Of a stretch of 64,000 nt of DNA, positions 63,877 through 64,000 are shown piece after piece. The notes beneath the pieces were generated by a model, which ran no database searches, was not told where the DNA came from, and worked only from the letters and a program-made list of their open reading frames with translations. Where the stretch lies: positions 1 through 64,000 of the IMG/VR virus record IMGVR_UViG_3300030329_004647; one strand, written 5' to 3'. Each line of letters begins with the position of its first letter. Within the stretch, counting starts at the first letter, position 1. Position numbers and translations under genes: made by a program.

Positions 63877-64000
63877 TCAATGCTCTCTGTGAAATATGAC
63901 CCTATATTTTAATTTAATGCTTATACCCTTAAAAAAATTTTTATAGAATTTTTTAGAAAAAATGGACTTCTTATTATAGATTAGTTATTATTACTTTATA

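Noticed and set aside
1-64000. Stop-codon reassignment, as in some large Bacteroidota phages
   Set aside because: Conserved enzymes are full length under code 11, and TAA, TAG and TGA all occur at sensible gene ends
1-64000. Eukaryotic giant virus or bacterial chromosome origin
   Set aside because: PMM and GAMT are eukaryote-like and the TBDR is host-like, but Bacteroidota promoters, bS21, T9SS CTD, peptidoglycan hydrolases and the absence of housekeeping operons or NCLDV core genes fit a phage; not formally proven without hallmark genes

Overview
AT-rich, gene-dense segment best explained as part of a very large lytic dsDNA phage of Bacteroidota (probably Flavobacteriia, probably aquatic). 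The assignment is an inference: no capsid, portal or terminase gene lies in the window. Support comes from Bacteroidota-type TAnnTTTG promoters (several with TTTG 19-20 nt upstream), a T9SS C-terminal sorting domain, a Bacteroidota-like bS21, and a phage-typical gene mix with no host housekeeping operon. Standard genetic code; no tRNA, rRNA, CRISPR or mobile element recognised. Layout: (1) 1-11.2 kb, early/metabolic genes (UvsE, CCA-type nucleotidyltransferase, PPK2, ATP-dependent ligase, eukaryote-type PMM, DUF932, PcfJ-like, AAA+, glutaredoxin). (2) 12.8-14.7 kb, minus-strand degenerate metK-clpP-rpsU. (3) 15-38 kb, putative late/virion genes, including two fibre+Cys-rich-partner cassettes and a host-like envelope operon (T9SS cargo, lipoprotein, OM beta-barrel, TonB-dependent receptor). 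(4) 41.9-60.4 kb, an array of proteins sharing an N-terminal MKxLIKKILxE-type leader, including two giant polyproteins whose modules are separated by (L/I)-x-E|(Q/H) junctions; the modules include a protein-kinase-like, a nuclease-like, an HExxH and a zeta-like kinase domain, and other leader-bearing genes encode peptidoglycan hydrolase and PT-TG domains. A Vap-like gene without the leader lies inside this array. (5) 62.7-64 kb, a non-coding region with operator-like palindromes and a C/G-run island. Best candidate for an undescribed system: a capsid-targeted, prohead-protease-processed effector polyprotein arsenal. All protein calls rest on motif recognition by eye; no database searches were run.
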